The notes below the pieces were generated by a model that made no database searches, had not been told where the DNA came from, and was given only the letters and a program-made list of their open reading frames with translations. The position numbers and the translations under genes were made by a program. Positions 1 through 9,840 of a stretch of DNA of 64,000 nucleotides are shown piece after piece; position 1 is the first letter of the stretch; every line of letters starts with the position of its first letter. The DNA is from Ministeria vibrans ATCC 50519 (lineage: Eukaryota; Protista; Filasterea), in assembly GCA_943704425.1 (NCBI GenBank), contig CALSCP010002427.1:8718-72717 (forward strand), written 5' to 3'.

Positions 1-322
1 ACCATCCTGATTCCTGAGAGGGACATAAGGCTCTGCCAGCACAAAGGCTGACACTAGCAGTCAGCACAAGTGCTGGGCCTCACTGCTGGCGCTCTGGCGG
101 GGAGTTCGCGGGGAGAACGAGCTCCGCCGCCGACGAAGTTATCACGAAGATCAATCACTTCTCAATCACATCTTCTCATTTTTTAACAAAAAAATGTTTA
201 CTTTACTAACTGAAGTTCGCTGCGCGGCTAGTATAGTGTGACGTGTGTCTGTACTGTATAGTGCATAGTGCCTATCAAATAGGGTCTCCCTGATTTTTGC
301 GATAAAGAAATAATAATTATTG

Positions 323-324
<2 letters not shown>

Positions 325-414
<90 letters not shown>
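325..414. repeat. (CT)n microsatellite
   Basis: Uninterrupted TC/CT dinucleotide run of ~90 bp. Confidence 0.97.
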
Positions 415-415
<1 letters not shown>

Positions 416-605
416 AGCCCCTTCATTAAAGGCCTCCTTCTTTACCAGCGCACGTCAACTGTCGAGTTCACTACAGTTTTTTATCAATACTATCTATGAT
501 CGCCCCTCCATTCTCTATTATTAATAATTATTATTATTGTAATAACTCTATATTCTTCTTCTTCTATAATATTATATGTATTTGTGAGGTGCATATGGAG
601 TAAAA

Positions 606-3600
606 TTACACAGTGGATTCGAAGCGCTTCCCAACAAACCTGGTCAGGTCGCTTTCGTTGTGTGCTCGGCACGCCTCGGAGGCGCGCAACCAACAGTGGT
701 GTCCGTAGACACATGTGAGATTAGTGTAGGTGTTGCGTTGGTGCCGTGCCAGATCGTTGACTGTCCGCGTGTACATGCGCAGCTTGTCAAAGTTGATCAT
801 GTCATCGTTCACCAGCGATGGGTTGCCGTCGCCAATGAACCGCAAGTCCTTCATGTGCACGGGCAGCAACGGCACTGCCGGCTCATGCTCCTCGAGGCCG
901 CCCCAGTGTTGGCGGTACGCCTTCATGTTGCGCAGGGGCAGTACGAGGGAGCGCAGTCGGCTAAACTCGTTAAAAGCGTTGCTCGACATCTTGCGCCATG
1001 CGCCATCTTGCGAGCGCACCGCGTCCATCGTGAGTCCGCTGACAATGGCCGCCGCGCTAAAGAAATTGTTGCGAGCGAGGCAGTGGCCACCAACCATGAC
1101 GAGGAATTCGAGCGTCGCGACCGTATCCACTTCATTGAGCTGGGTGAGTGCCTGCGTCGCACACCAGTACGCCTCCGTGTCAAAACGCATCACAAAGTCC
1201 TGCATGGCAGCGCCCTCCAGCGCCGGTCCTTGCATGTCGCTTATGGACGCGTAAAATTGGTCGGCGGCGCGCCGCATCTGGTCGCCGAGGAACTCGCGAC
1301 GGGGTACAAGACGGTAGGCGGCGTGATCGTGTTCGGTGAGTGCGTCCGCGAGCTCTTGTGGGCTCATGCCGGACTCGAGGATAGACATGGGACGACGCAG
1401 CAGTGCCGTGGGACGCGCACGAGCGGCGCGCACAGCAGCGGCCGCGGTCTCCGAAATCGGCGGCGGTGTGGACGGCATGGGACCCGTGACGCAACCGGAG
1501 CGAAGAGGCGACTGCGGAGAGGAGGTGGGTGCGGGAGAGGCGGTACGTGCGGTAGGGGTGCCAGGCTGGGAGACCACATCACGGTCGAGCCAATCGGATT
1601 CAATGAGACGCGTGCGCAGTTTAGCCGAGTCGCACACTTGACGCCACTCGAGGTCTTTGATGTGCGAGACGAAATGCGCGGCTGCCGTGCCGAAGCCGTG
1701 TGCCTCAATGAGCGCAATGAGGCGGTCAAGACGCTCGCGAAGTCCCGCGCACTGTACAAAGTCGCTCCAATAGTCACACATCCAAGTGTGTGCGACAGCC
1801 ATGACTTTGCGCTGGATCACACGCTTCCACCGCACGTAGTAGGCCATGCCGGCCGCGTCGCTCGTCTGCGGCAAGGCAGTGAAACGTGCGAGAAGCATCT
1901 CAAAAAAGACAATGCGATTCATCATCATGGGATGAGTCAGCAGCAGCGTGTCCAGGTAGATGCGGTCAACGTCCTCCTCGGCTGCAAGCAGCTCGACCAA
2001 TCGCTCTCGACGGCCCGCCATGACCACGCCCAGCGAGTTGGGAGACATCACGTCGTGGCCTTTATGCTGCACAATAAGCGTGTCGAGTCCATTCTCGTTT
2101 ACAAACAGCGTCGACACCTCGTGCAAGTCTGCCTGGCTTGAGCACACATTGAGTGCCTGAGAAATGCGCGTCTGGACTTGCGACGCAGGCGAGTCGATTG
2201 GACTTGGTGGGTAGACGGGAGTCGTGGAGGTGCTCTCAGCGAGCGTGGCGGGTGCGACGGAGGTCGGAGATGAGTGACGGTTAAACAGGTTGGGGGAGGA
2301 GAGAGAAGTGCGTGCGCGACGAAAGAGAGACGGTGATGATGCACTAGCGGAGGCGGCCACGGCGGCAGCGGAGGCAGCTGCCGCTGCATCTGCGGTGTTT
2401 AGGCGTCGGCGAGTGAGGAGGGAAAGAGCGCGAGGGGATGCAGACTTGACCGTTGACATTGTTGTTGTCGGTTGTGTGGGTGTTGTTGGTTGCTCTGGCT
2501 CGTGGATCGATTCGTCAAGCGAGATGGTCGACTGGCGAATGACCTCGGGCACCGAGGCAGAGCGGCACGCCTGCGGAAGATGAGATTGGGGGGAAACACT
2601 GCGAGTGCGGGCTGGGGCGCGGGGGATGGGTGCGTTAGCGAGGGAGGTATGATGTGACGCCTGTAATGCAGCGGTGGTGGAGGTGCTGCTGCTGCTGCTG
2701 TTGGTGGTGGCAGTGGCAGTGGCGGTGGTGGTGTTGGGAGACAGTGGTTGAGAAGGGACGGGATCGTGCGTGGTGGCGGAACGACTGCTGAGCACGAGGG
2801 AGTTGGGTCGCGGTCGTCTCAAAATGTTGGACGAGCCAATGAGGCGTCCAACGAGTCCCAGGAGTGAGTCCTGTCGGGCGGGCGCAACACGCGTGCGTGG
2901 TTTGATGTCGCCGGAGCGGTCGGGAAACCGAATATTTGCATCGTCCACGGTGCGTACACTCACGTCGTGACTCGACCGACCAATGGTGCGCGGCGAAGGC
3001 GTCGAAGGTGGCACGACGCGAAGCAAGACAGTTTCCGAGATGGACCGGCGTCGCGGATGAGGCATACCCATAGTGTGACCTGTGCTCGAGGCGCGTCGTC
3101 GTGTCTGAAAGTTAGAACGTCGCGCACCGAGTGGCGGGGGCGGAGGAGATGACACCATGTCGGACGTGCACGACGTGGTGGGCGACGGGGGTGACTGCGC
3201 CGCCGCCTTGCATGCCGCCAGCGCCCCAACAGCCTGATGCGACGTGTGCGGGGCACGGTTGAGTCGTCGCGCGACCGATGTGAACGTCGACACGCCCACC
3301 TTGAGTTGAGCACCCACAAGCGACGCTTCGTCGACAGGCAGAGAATCAAGACTCATGTCGCTACCAAAGCTTTTGCGCGCCACCTCCTCCCAGCCCAAGT
3401 CCGAGTCGGCCCGCCTCAAAGCTGATGGCGGTGACGCCGTCGCATCACACTCCACGTCCATAATGCTGTCAGGGGTAGGCGTGAGTCCGGGCGAGCTGGC
3501 GGTCGGGCTACCGGGGTTGCAGCCTTGCAGCACTTGACGAAGCGAGCGGTTCGTTTCCACCGTGGCAATTTGCGACCAACTGGGCTCACGCAGAAACGCC

Positions 3601-4040
3601 AAGGCGCTCACCATGGCCTGGTACCACCCTTCGCACTGGGATGCCGATTCAAAGGTCGCCGACAGGATGAGATCGCCGGCTTCCAGGGTCAGAAGCGACC
3701 CGGTCCGGTTCGCACAAATGCCCGCCAATTCCAACGGGGGCACGACCAAGCTCGCCCGCTCGTCGTTCCCGTCGCGGCCCTTGTCGCGGCCCGCAGCAGT
3801 GAAGTAGGGGCTGCCCTCCACAAGGAGCGCATACTCGGGAAGACACACCAAACAGGCATTGGCGCGTGCACCCGACGACGACACCGCCTCGCTTGGAGTT
3901 GGAATGGCCGACTCCACCCCCTCAAGTGGGTACGGTTCGACGCGAACCGGCGCCACACTGATCGAAAACGTACGCAGTTGCTCATTGCATATCACAACGG
4001 GGTCGCGCCGTGCGAGTTTGGCGCGCGAGCGATCATGCAT
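606..4040 (-). CDS. Ras guanine-nucleotide exchange factor (PH-like, Ser/Pro-rich linker, REM, CDC25 catalytic domain); probably the 3'-terminal exon of a 5'-incomplete gene
   Basis: 1144-aa ORF. REM motif GRRERLVELL...YLDTLLLTH. CDC25 motifs ELADALT..D, NNFFSAAAIVSGL, PAVPLLPVHMKDLRFIGDGNP, INFDKLR. N-terminal PH-like end (TFESASQCEGWYQAM). The ATG at 4040 directly follows an AG (4041-4042) preceded by a long U-tract on the minus strand, which looks like a splice acceptor. Confidence 0.88.
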   Translation of the reverse strand: MHDRSRAKLARRDPVVICNEQLRTFSISVAPVRVEPYPLEGVESAIPTPSEAVSSSGARANACLVCLPEYALLVEGSPYFTAAGRDKGRDGNDERASLVVPPLELAGICANRTGSLLTLEAGDLILSATFESASQCEGWYQAMVSALAFLREPSWSQIATVETNRSLRQVLQGCNPGSPTASSPGLTPTPDSIMDVECDATASPPSALRRADSDLGWEEVARKSFGSDMSLDSLPVDEASLVGAQLKVGVSTFTSVARRLNRAPHTSHQAVGALAACKAAAQSPPSPTTSCTSDMVSSPPPPPLGARRSNFQTRRRASSTGHTMGMPHPRRRSISETVLLRVVPPSTPSPRTIGRSSHDVSVRTVDDANIRFPDRSGDIKPRTRVAPARQDSLLGLVGRLIGSSNILRRPRPNSLVLSSRSATTHDPVPSQPLSPNTTTATATATTNSSSSSTSTTAALQASHHTSLANAPIPRAPARTRSVSPQSHLPQACRSASVPEVIRQSTISLDESIHEPEQPTTPTQPTTTMSTVKSASPRALSLLTRRRLNTADAAAAASAAAVAASASASSPSLFRRARTSLSSPNLFNRHSSPTSVAPATLAESTSTTPVYPPSPIDSPASQVQTRISQALNVCSSQADLHEVSTLFVNENGLDTLIVQHKGHDVMSPNSLGVVMAGRRERLVELLAAEEDVDRIYLDTLLLTHPMMMNRIVFFEMLLARFTALPQTSDAAGMAYYVRWKRVIQRKVMAVAHTWMCDYWSDFVQCAGLRERLDRLIALIEAHGFGTAAAHFVSHIKDLEWRQVCDSAKLRTRLIESDWLDRDVVSQPGTPTARTASPAPTSSPQSPLRSGCVTGPMPSTPPPISETAAAAVRAARARPTALLRRPMSILESGMSPQELADALTEHDHAAYRLVPRREFLGDQMRRAADQFYASISDMQGPALEGAAMQDFVMRFDTEAYWCATQALTQLNEVDTVATLEFLVMVGGHCLARNNFFSAAAIVSGLTMDAVRSQDGAWRKMSSNAFNEFSRLRSLVLPLRNMKAYRQHWGGLEEHEPAVPLLPVHMKDLRFIGDGNPSLVNDDMINFDKLRMYTRTVNDLARHQRNTYTNLTCVYGHHCWLRASEACRAHNESDLTRFVGKRFESTV

Positions 4041-4084
4041 CTAGTTCGATGCGAAAAAAAAGAGAAAAAAAAAAAAAAAAAAAA

Positions 4085-4094
4085 NNNNNNNNNN
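4085..4094. other. Assembly gap (10 N) flanked by poly(A) and (TAA)n
   Basis: Literal N run. Confidence 0.99.
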
Positions 4095-4200
<106 letters not shown>

Positions 4201-4234
4201 TTTCTTTCTCTGCGTCTGTGTGTTCATAAAAAAG

Positions 4235-5378
4235 CGCTCGTTTGGAGCGGTTTTTGCAAATGTCCGATGACGATGAGCAAGGGTTTCCGGGTCTCAGTCC
4301 TGCCACGGCCGAGAAGCAGATCCGCAAAAACAACTGGGTCGTCGTCAACATCACCGAGCCCGCAAACTTCTTCCATGTCCTGCGTCGTCAGGTCTTCCGC
4401 GGTAAACAAACACGAGAGAGATAGAGGGAGACAAACAAAGTGATAGATAGAGAGGGAGAGAGAGAAGAGAGGGAAAGAAACAAAGTGATAAAGAGAGGGA
4501 GAGAGAGAGAAAGGAGGGAGAAAGAAACAAAGTGATAGATAGAGATAGAGAGAGAGGAGGGAGAAAGAAACAAAGTGATAGAGAGGGAGGAAGAAAGTGA
4601 TAGAGAGAGAAAAACAAAGTGATAGACAGAGTGATAGACAAAGAGAAACAAAGTGATAGATGAAAAAGTGACACATGCACGCCAACTCACTGTCTCAACT
4701 GTGCTCCACTTACAAAATATGTCTCCTCTGTAGACTTCCGCAAGCCTTTGATTGTGATGTCGCCCAAGTCGCTGTTGCGCCACCCGCAGGCCAAGTCGCC
4801 CCTGAGTGCCTTTGGACCCGACACATCGTTCCAGCGTCTTCTTACGGATCCCCACGCCGCCCCCGAAAGCGTCAAGCGTGTTGTTTTCTGCACTGGAAAA
4901 ATCTACTACGAACTTGATCAGGTATCCCTCATAATAGGGATTGGCCCATTTCTTATGCAACGTAATGATGGTTGTTTGTTCAGGTGCGCACGGAGGAGTC
5001 ATTGTCGGACGTTGCTCTTGTGCGACTGGAGCAGATCGCACCCTTTCCCTTTGACCTCGTTGCCGACCAGATGAAGAAGTACAACAAGGCGTCTGAGGTT
5101 GTTTGGTGTCAGGAGGAGCCCAAGAACATGGGAGGTAAAATAAAATAAAATAAAATAAGGAAACCCCAACCGATGACAAGTCCAAATGTCATCGCACTCA
5201 CTGTCTTGGCTTCTCTTTTTTCACAGCCTGGGCCTACGTACGACCGCGCTTTGAGACGGCCCTTGCCGGGACCCAGCCGGCCTACGCGGGCCGTGCGCCG
5301 TCGGCTGCCACTGCCACGGGCGTCAAGGCCACCTTCAAGACGGAACAGCACGATTTGATTGAGGCCGCTCTCAAGTGA
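4235..5378 (+). CDS. OGDH: 2-oxoglutarate dehydrogenase E1 component, C-terminal part only (exons 4235-4401, 4734-4921, 4984-5134, 5227-5378)
   Basis: Spliced translation gives [12 protein letters not shown]...[13 protein letters not shown]...[18 protein letters not shown]...[15 protein letters not shown]...RLEQIAPFP...[18 protein letters not shown]...[13 protein letters not shown]. These are hallmark OGDH/SucA C-terminal motifs. All three introns are GT-AG and keep the frame. Confidence 0.95.
4410..4670 (+). repeat. Composite minisatellite, core CAAAGTGATA plus (GA)n spacers, inside an OGDH intron
   Basis: About eight GTGATA cores separated by GA-rich runs. Confidence 0.85.
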
Positions 5379-5445
5379 TTGATTTTTTCTTCTTCTTTAT
5401 TACAACGTGTCTCCTTTTTTTTGTCTTCAATTGGTGATTTTTTGT

Positions 5446-6154
5446 TTACGCGGTACGCACTAGGAAGCTCATGGCGACCATGCCGAGAAGGAACGACAGG
5501 ATGATTTGAGAGCGTGGAGTGACAAGAGCCAGTAGTGACAAGGGAAAGGCCGAGTCGTCGAAACTCATTGCAGTGGGATCGAGCGACAAGACAAAGAGGG
5601 CCATTGCAATGAGCATCAGCACAAGAGCTACAGCCACAAGGTGTCGTGTTGATCTAACGGAAGCGGGCGGCTGTGCGGTGCTGGATGTGCCGCTTGGCAC
5701 TCGCAGCGGCGCCTCTCTCTTCGTCGGCGCGGGTGGATTCACAAAGGAGCGCACTGTGCCGCGCTTCAGTTCACGGCCGTCGTTGCTTGCTAACACTATC
5801 AATATTGTGTCCTCAGACGGCGGTTCGCTCGTCCCTACGGGCGTCTGTACGCCGAAACACCAATGGCAAGTTCAAAAAAGTGACTTCTCGCCAAAGTGTG
5901 TCTTACACGTAAGCGGATCGCTACTGTGGCGAGCGCTCCCGGCTCTAGTGGACCCCGAGTAGGACGAACCGAGTACCTATCGGGATTGGTGCACTGCAAG
6001 CGCTGTCAGTTTCGCAGGATTGTGTGTGGACGTTTGTGCCTACTTTTAGTCGAAACTCTACGGGTAGACTCAATGTATTTCGGATGGTGACACTCGTTGA
6101 GCTCTGTGTCGGTGTAAATCGTATTGATTCTGGCGAGAAATAACTTCGGGACAT
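5446..6154 (-). CDS. Motile-sperm-domain (MSP) protein with two C-terminal TM segments, MOSPD1/MOSPD3-like (exons 6154-6044, 5993-5907, 5844-5446; 198 aa)
   Basis: Spliced product contains VTIRNTLSLPVEFRLKCTNPDRYSVRPTRGPLEPG..TVAIRL (MSP motif) and ends in two hydrophobic helices (...LVAVALVLMLIAMALFVL...IILSFLLGMVAMSFLVRTA). Both introns are GT-AG, phase 0. Confidence 0.85.
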
Positions 6155-6256
6155 GGGATAGAGCGAAGGAGAAGAATATCAAGTGAAGTGATTGATCATT
6201 GAGTTGATCGCTCACTTTTTCTTTTTTTGCTTTGACTTAGTGTATTGCTGTTCTTC
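6155..6256. promoter_or_regulatory. Putative bidirectional promoter region between divergent MSP-domain gene and LSm8
   Basis: Only 102 bp lie between the two divergent start codons. No specific element was identified. Confidence 0.45.
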
Positions 6257-7006
6257 ATGGCTGCCCTTGAGCCATTTGTGAACAAGCTGTGTAGCGTGAT
6301 CACGAATGACGGTCGTGTTATTGTTGTAAGAACTCTTGCGTCCCTCAACTCCCTTCTCCAAGTGTCTCCGTTGCGTCCAACTCTTCCAACACTACTGCCA
6401 GTAACTTTGCCAGTGCGTCAGATGCGTTTATTCTGCTTTTGAGGTTGTTTGCCAGAGAAACGTTGCTTTCAAAAAAAAGAACAAAAAAAACGTCGCGTTT
6501 GCTGTCGCTTCCTGGGCCTCACTGTGCCCGACCCATGCCTATTCTCTTCCGTTCACGTGTATTCCACGGAATGCCTTTGCATTCAAGCAGCGTTTCATCT
6601 CGATTGCGTCCTTTTGAAACACTTCTCGTATTATATTGCCCTCTCTCTTTCTCTCTCTCTCTCTTTCTCTCTCTCTGTCTTTCTCTTTCTCACTCTCTCT
6701 CTCTCAGGGCCAGCTCAAAGGCTTTGACCAAACGCTCAATGTCATTGTAAGCGATGCACACGAGCGTGTCTTCAACGGCGCCTCCGGTGTGGAGAAGGTT
6801 CCTCTTGGACTCTACATTGTGCGTGGAGACAACATGTAAGGCGACATCATTATCATGTTTGTGAATGAGAGCCGAACACTCACACTCTGCAAAACGGTGC
6901 GTGTCTGTGGCGTAGAGCAATAGTTGGTCTTGTCGATGAAGAAGAAGACACTAAAATTGACCTTGAGAGTGTCCATGCCGAGCCCCTGCCTCCCATCGTA
7001 CACTGA
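6257..7006 (+). CDS. LSM8: U6 snRNA-associated Sm-like protein LSm8 (exons 6257-6325, 6708-6835, 6916-7006)
   Basis: Spliced translation MAALEPFVNKLCSVITNDGRVIVGQLKGFDQTLNVIVSDAHERVF...VEKVPLGLYIVRGDNIAIVGLVDEEED..IDL..VHAEPLPPIVH carries the typical LSm8 signature. Both introns are GT-AG. Confidence 0.96.
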
Positions 7007-7056
7007 ATTAAAAGCGTTGTTGTAATGATTGTAATCTATTCATTTTTTTGTTTTCT

Positions 7057-8412
7057 TCATCGAATCCATGCACCCTTCTCAATCTTCTGCGGAAGCAGCT
7101 CACTACACAATGTGTCCAAAAAGCACTCAATCTCCGCTTTCCGCCCCATTTGTTGCATTGCCTACCAGAATAATTATCATTAATTAGCGTGTCTGAATCA
7201 ATTCTTGTGTACCTTCACTTCTTGGAGCCACTGCGGATCAGCCTGTGTCAATTCTGCACGCTCTCCCAACAGCTCCAACCGGCGGCGCTCCACGTCACTC
7301 AAGTCCATCTGTAACTCCCGCGGTACTCTTAAAAATAAATACATGTGCAACATTATTTTTGTCTGTGTGTCTTTGTGGTGTGTGTTTATTGTTGTGTTTG
7401 TTCTGTTGTTTGTTGTTTGTTGTGTGTTTATTGTTGCTTGTTGTTTGTTGTTTGTGTGTGTGTATGTGCGTACCGAGCAAGATCCGCTGCGTGCACTCCA
7501 ATCCAAACTGCATCCCGATTGGCCAATCGTCGTGCGTCTTCTTTTAGTTTCTACTTTCAATCTGTTCATTCACCTTTCTCACGCAGAGGCACACCTTTTT
7601 ACCTGACTTCCAAATTTGTATGTCAAGGCAATTTCAATGCCGGCCGGATCATAATCGACGAAGATTAATTGTGGCAGTGCAAAGTGCTCGTGTAGAATCA
7701 TCAGTAGCTCGCGTGTGGGAATGTCAGGAAACCCACTTCCCTATTAGTTCGGCGAAGCAAGCACACTTTCAGTTTTGCAGGGAAAAAAATTTATTTTTTT
7801 GTTTTGTTTTTGTATATTTTGTCCTCACCGTGACGAGCAGACAAGGACCAACACGCTCCACAAAGTGCTCCTCAAGAAGACGATGGAAAACGGTCACTTT
7901 CTCAACCACAAACACAAACTGAGCACTCGTTCGCCATTCTACACAGTCGTACTGATCAAGAAACCTCGTTCACCTCACTCCATTTTATTTCGTACGCCTC
8001 ATCTTGTGCGGAGCATTGGGAATTCGTGAGCCCTACACACAAACGATTGTTCCCCTACGGTTTGCGTTTCTTTGTTTGTACCGACTCAGGACACTCTCGA
8101 CAATCAATTACTCTGCCGTCCCCATTGGCATACGACAGTGGCCCGTAGACAAGACCGCGCGGAGGAACAACCTGTCACATAATTATGTATTTTTTTTGTT
8201 CTTTTTTCCGCGCACAAATTCTCTCGGGGCGTACGACGTGCAGACTGGTGCGGGAACAGCCAATGGCCCGTGACAGTTTGTGAAGGAGTGCTCGCACCAC
8301 CTCCATGCTCCCCAGCTCCTTTTGCGCGCTGTAGTATATGTCGCGAGGCGTCGTGTACGTATTGCCAACAACGTGCGCAAGGACAGTGCGACACAGAATC
8401 AACAGTCGTTCT

Positions 8413-8448
<36 letters not shown>

Positions 8449-8721
8449 GTTGGAAAGAATGCATTAAAGCGTCAGCTTTTGGAACCAAGGAGATTCTACT
8501 TAAGAAATATTACCTGTCGTGTAAAAATTTCTAGTGTATCGAAGCGACATACTGAACAAGGGACAGAAATAATAAAACAAAACGTCACTTTCTTTTTTTC
8601 TCTATCTGCTTACACGATCCCCTTCTTGAACTCAGGCAGACGGCCCTGTGACAGCGGATGCAAAAGAGAGCGAACAAAGGCCTGTATCAGACCAATGGTT
8701 GCGTGTCTAAACACACGCGAT

Positions 8722-8775
<54 letters not shown>

Positions 8776-8914
8776 AGAAACGCGTTTCCATCTTGTTTTC
8801 TGACCGATTTTCTTCAGACGTCTCTCCTTCTGCTCGCTCTTGCGGAAATATTCTGTCTCGGATACGCTGCAAAGTGCCTTTTTGCTGCAGTTCTACGTGC
8901 AGGGCTCTTATCAT
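7057..8914 (-). CDS. SPO11: Meiotic recombination protein SPO11 / TopoVI-A family, 11 exons (8914-8805, 8706-8614, 8551-8514, 8410-8235, 8171-8082, 8032-7996, 7938-7829, 7740-7603, 7550-7474, 7327-7213, 7161-7057; 362 aa)
   Basis: Motifs TPRDIYY (catalytic Tyr), RTSLHV..RGLVYG, FVVEK..VFHRL (TOPRIM Glu), GSGFPD..TR, VDYDPAGIEIALTYKFGS (DxD), WIG, KAEIE and LPQKI...WI. Ten GT-AG introns all keep the frame. The three 5' exons are less certain than the core. Confidence 0.92.
7355..7465. repeat. Low-complexity TTG/TGTT repeat in SPO11 intron 9
   Basis: Degenerate (TTG/TGT)n stretch. Confidence 0.8.
8723..8774. repeat. (GT)n microsatellite in SPO11 intron 1
   Basis: ~26 GT units. Confidence 0.97.
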
Positions 8915-9077
8915 CAATAAATAAAAAGTGTAATGTAATCAAAGAAATCAAAATGCAATTGCTATTTCATTTTTATCAAGTCATCGTCATGAGAAGCATT
9001 ATTTTGTTTCGCTTCTCATTTTTTTTATAGTATTAATTACTAATTCAATTAGAAACAACTATTATTGTTTTATTCTC

Positions 9078-9788
9078 TCATTGCACTACAGCAACGGCCA
9101 GCACAAGCTCATGGCCCAAGCGTGTGGCCACCCCGCGGACAATTTGAACACGAACAGTGTTGCAATCCACAACACACACAAAACACAGCCAATAGTGCTC
9201 GTTGAGGCGTCGAGCCCATTCAATCTCATTGAGACTGATCGGAAAGATCATTCGATCGGCGTGCGTTGTCGTTTTCACCTCGACGAACACGGCGGAAGTT
9301 GGTTCGCTTTCAGTCATGAGCCACTGCAAATCAAATGGACATCCACTTTCCTGCACTTCGTTTACCCACGTAACTTCAACTTTGAATTTAGCCGCAAGAC
9401 AGCGTTGTGCATAGCGCTCTCCCCATCGGCCCAGTGCCACAGCGTCGTCACACACTCTCAATGCATCCTCAATCTGAATATCCAACGTCGAAAACGCAAC
9501 CGGAGCACATTCTTCAAAAGCATTGAGTTCCACATGTCCCTCAGACGTAAACGACGACAAGTTCAGCGTCAGCTCGTCTCTTGTGTCGTCCCTCCTACCA
9601 ACACCATTCCGCGATGTTCCCTCCTCCTCACATTGCAAATGTGACTGGGCGTCATCTGTGCCCCCAGCTCCAAAGCCCCCATCCTTCAGCACACCGTAGC
9701 TGGTGACCACCGCACTCGAGACGGATGCACTTCCTGTGTCACATTTGCCATTCACGCTACCGCCACCACCGCCACCACCACCACCACC

Positions 9789-9840
<52 letters not shown>

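Noticed and set aside
166-426. ORFs made of ER, poly-Y/I or SL repeats (also 3992-4354, 4224-4685)
   Set aside because: Translations of microsatellites.
660-2141. 493-aa + strand ORF opposite the RasGEF
   Set aside because: Antisense shadow of a GC-rich coding frame; no recognisable motifs.
4410-4670. Repeat-spacer pattern as a CRISPR-like array
   Set aside because: Core only ~10 bp, spacers are GA low-complexity, it sits in a spliceosomal intron, and there are no cas genes.
6326-6707. Intronic snoRNA in the unusually long LSm8 intron 1
   Set aside because: No clear C/D or H/ACA box arrangement by eye; would need an Infernal/Rfam scan.
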